From Bacteroidia bacterium (GTDB taxonomy: Bacteria > Bacteroidota > Bacteroidia > SpSt-205): a stretch of 36,244 nucleotides of DNA. Under the pieces are notes generated by a model that did no database searches, had not been told where the DNA came from, and worked only from the letters and a program-made list of their open reading frames with translations. The position numbers were made by a program, and so were the translations under genes. The stretch spans positions 1-36,244 of the forward strand of contig JANXDD010000005.1 in NCBI GenBank assembly GCA_025059915.1, read 5' to 3'. Below are positions 34,315-36,244 of this stretch, piece after piece; position 1 is the stretch's first letter, and every line of letters starts with the position of its first letter.

Positions 34315-36047
34315 GGCCGTAGAGTATCAGGAAAAGACCACGCTGGGGGACGCAGACACACCCGTTCGGGGAGGATTGTCGCCATAGAGTCGGGCGGTAG
34401 GTAGTTTTGCCGAACCAAAAAGTAGGCAATCTTCTGAAAGTGGGGCTTGTAGGCGGAGAGCACACAGCCTGTCTCTTTATCTATGAAGAAGCGGTAGGTT
34501 TTGGGATTCGGTAAGAGCATGCCTAAAAAAATAGCTTCGGGGATCGTGAGGTCATGGGGTTCTTTGCCGAAGTAAAAGCGAGAAGCCTCCACTAATCCAT
34601 ACACATCTGGTCCCCATTCTATGATATTGAGGTAGAGTTCTGCGATACGCTGCTTAGAGAGAAGGTGGAATCGCTCTATGATAGCGGTGAGGAGAATCTC
34701 CTCCACCTTGCGAGCCAGAGTTTTTTCCCGAGAAAGGAGAAGGTTTCTGACGAGCTGCATGGTGATAGTTCCCGCCCCGCGTCTGAAGCAGCGGCAGTGC
34801 CAGTTCTCCAGCATGGCTTTGAGAAAGTGGGCTTTTTGGAACCCCTGATGAGAGAAAAAAACCCCATCCTCCGAATGAAGTACGGCATGAAGGACATATG
34901 GCGTGATCTGGGAGAAAACTAAAAAATTAGGCTGGTCTGGGCTCACAAGGATGGTCCGAGTAGAGCCGGGGGGGCTATAAGAAAAGCTTTCTCGCAAAGT
35001 AAGAGGGGTGCGCACTCCTTCCCATGCGTAGATGACGAAACCTTCTGGCTGCCAGTCTACTTCTAACGCCAAAGTATCAGGTAGGCTTGGGTCATATACG
35101 AGCTTTAGGGAAAGAGAGGAGCTGCCGCCCAACTTAGCCTTATCAAGGCAGGTAAAAAAGCCCTGAGGAAAAGCTTGAAGGTAAGCCTGATGGGGCTGCC
35201 GAGGAATGTCAAGCTTTAGCCATGCTCTATTTCCAGAGAGCTGCCCGCCTACAGCGAGAATGCCCTGCAAGGGAAGAGCCCGAGGCATCAGTTCTACAAG
35301 GAAACTGTCTGCATGTACAATACTTTTTAGGTGGAAGCCCACCTGTGCATAGCTTAATTTTCGGCTGGCGAGCCTATGATGAAAAACTTGCACTCCTTCC
35401 GCTTGCAGGTCTGCTGAAAGACTTTCTGGACTCACCGTAAGGTGTCCTGTAAGGCTGTCCCAGCTTAGGAAGTTTTCACCATTTAGAGAGATTCTGCCGG
35501 GGGGGATTTGGAAGCTCAGGCTATCTTCTCCAATCGTGGAGTGAAGGAGGACTTGAAATGTGTCTCTGCGCACCTGGGCGGTGCAGAGCTTTCCGAATTT
35601 ATTCAGCGTGAGCCTAATTCCCTTGGGAAGCAGAAGGTGGTCGCAGACGATAGTGTCTATGCGGGATACGAGACGGATGAGTTTCCTGAAGTTACCGAAA
35701 GCAGAAAAGCTACGAGGGGCAGAAGAAGGTGTAGAATAAGCCGAGGAAGATTCTTTTTGGGCTACTTCTCCATTTTTTATGCGGATGCTCAGAGAAGGAA
35801 AAAGCAGCACACGCAGGGTATCGGCTATGAGCATCCAGTGATTTTTCTCCACGGATAAGTGATAGAAGGCGATTTCTCGGAGCGTACTCCATTCAGCGGC
35901 TTCGTATTTTACACGGTCTATTTCGTATCGCTGACCGACGAGATAAATGAGAAAGGGAAGGACCCGCAACCGCAGAATCCACAGAATCCCCACTCCCCCC
36001 GAGAGGATAAGTACGCTGAAGAGCCCTATCCATTTCCAGCGCTTCAT
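34311..36047 (-). CDS. Peptidoglycan glycosyltransferase (GT51) with long N-terminal periplasmic region and no transpeptidase domain
   Basis: SEDGVFFSHQG, GAGTITMQLVRN, RKVEE, ELYLNIIEWG, LPNP. ATG 36047 (MKRWKWIGLF, TM anchor) overlaps the upstream stop. Confidence 0.9.
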   Translation of the reverse strand: MKRWKWIGLFSVLILSGGVGILWILRLRVLPFLIYLVGQRYEIDRVKYEAAEWSTLREIAFYHLSVEKNHWMLIADTLRVLLFPSLSIRIKNGEVAQKESSSAYSTPSSAPRSFSAFGNFRKLIRLVSRIDTIVCDHLLLPKGIRLTLNKFGKLCTAQVRRDTFQVLLHSTIGEDSLSFQIPPGRISLNGENFLSWDSLTGHLTVSPESLSADLQAEGVQVFHHRLASRKLSYAQVGFHLKSIVHADSFLVELMPRALPLQGILAVGGQLSGNRAWLKLDIPRQPHQAYLQAFPQGFFTCLDKAKLGGSSSLSLKLVYDPSLPDTLALEVDWQPEGFVIYAWEGVRTPLTLRESFSYSPPGSTRTILVSPDQPNFLVFSQITPYVLHAVLHSEDGVFFSHQGFQKAHFLKAMLENWHCRCFRRGAGTITMQLVRNLLLSREKTLARKVEEILLTAIIERFHLLSKQRIAELYLNIIEWGPDVYGLVEASRFYFGKEPHDLTIPEAIFLGMLLPNPKTYRFFIDKETGCVLSAYKPHFQKIAYFLVRQNYLPPDSMATILPERVCLRPPAWSFPDTLRP

Positions 36048-36244
36048 GCGTATAGAATCCCACGGGGACCGATAAGTTTGGATGGTGCATTTAGGGTTTT
36101 GTTTAGCGCCTGCCAGCCAGCGAACATCTCCCGACTCCAAAATACATCATCGCAGACCAGCATTCCCCCAGGATTGAGGCGTTGGTAGAGGTAGGTAGCG
36201 TATTCATACAGTGCAGGGCCGCGGTGGTCTCCATCTATGTAGAT
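36044..36244 (-). CDS. Class I SAM-dependent methyltransferase, C-terminal fragment (runs off the window)
   Basis: Not in the ORF track. Reads IYIDGDHRGPALYEYATYLYQRLNPGGMLVCDDVFWSREMFAGWQAL...GILYA*, matching the IDGxH...GG..VxDD..WS..M...W pattern. Confidence 0.82.
   Translation of the reverse strand: MYIDGDHRGPALYEYATYLYQRLNPGGMLVCDDVFWSREMFAGWQALNKTLNAPSKLIGPRGILYA

Noticed and set aside
1-36244. tRNA, rRNA, IS elements, prophage or defence genes, clear intrinsic terminators
   Set aside because: No such signatures recognised by eye; convergent gene ends mostly abut without a GC hairpin plus U-tract.

Overview
Compact housekeeping and cell-envelope region of a Bacteroidota (Bacteroidia-like) chromosome. 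The evidence for this assignment is a full-length T9SS translocon gene sprA, Bacteroidota-type gpsA/purC/Fur/DUF4159 genes and TAnnTTTG '-7' promoter boxes. Gene order: alr (3' end), birA, coaX, OM barrel, TolC, MFP, gpsA >< two exported hypotheticals <> glmS, comEC, rnhA-like >< purC, yebC, flippase <> thrS, AidB-like acyl-CoA dehydrogenase >< ligase-associated exonuclease, sprA, two tiny lipoproteins <> lipoprotein, Fur >< folC <> paaN, DUF4159 >< AsmA-like, GT51 transglycosylase, methyltransferase (3' end). I saw no tRNA, rRNA, CRISPR array or mobile element. Most notable observations: (1) at most transcription-unit heads the -7 box lies exactly 4 nt before the start codon, suggesting largely leaderless mRNAs, while many internal genes overlap their neighbours; (2) two tandem Cys-Pro micro-lipoproteins, one missing from the ORF track, sit directly upstream of sprA, with a 7-7-7 palindrome over one promoter and a divergent Fur-family gene; (3) sprA overlaps an orphan DNA-repair exonuclease gene; (4) a duplicated dyad element lies upstream of thrS; (5) a hairpin-rich 570-bp intergenic region. 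All product calls come from motif recognition by eye; no database search was run.
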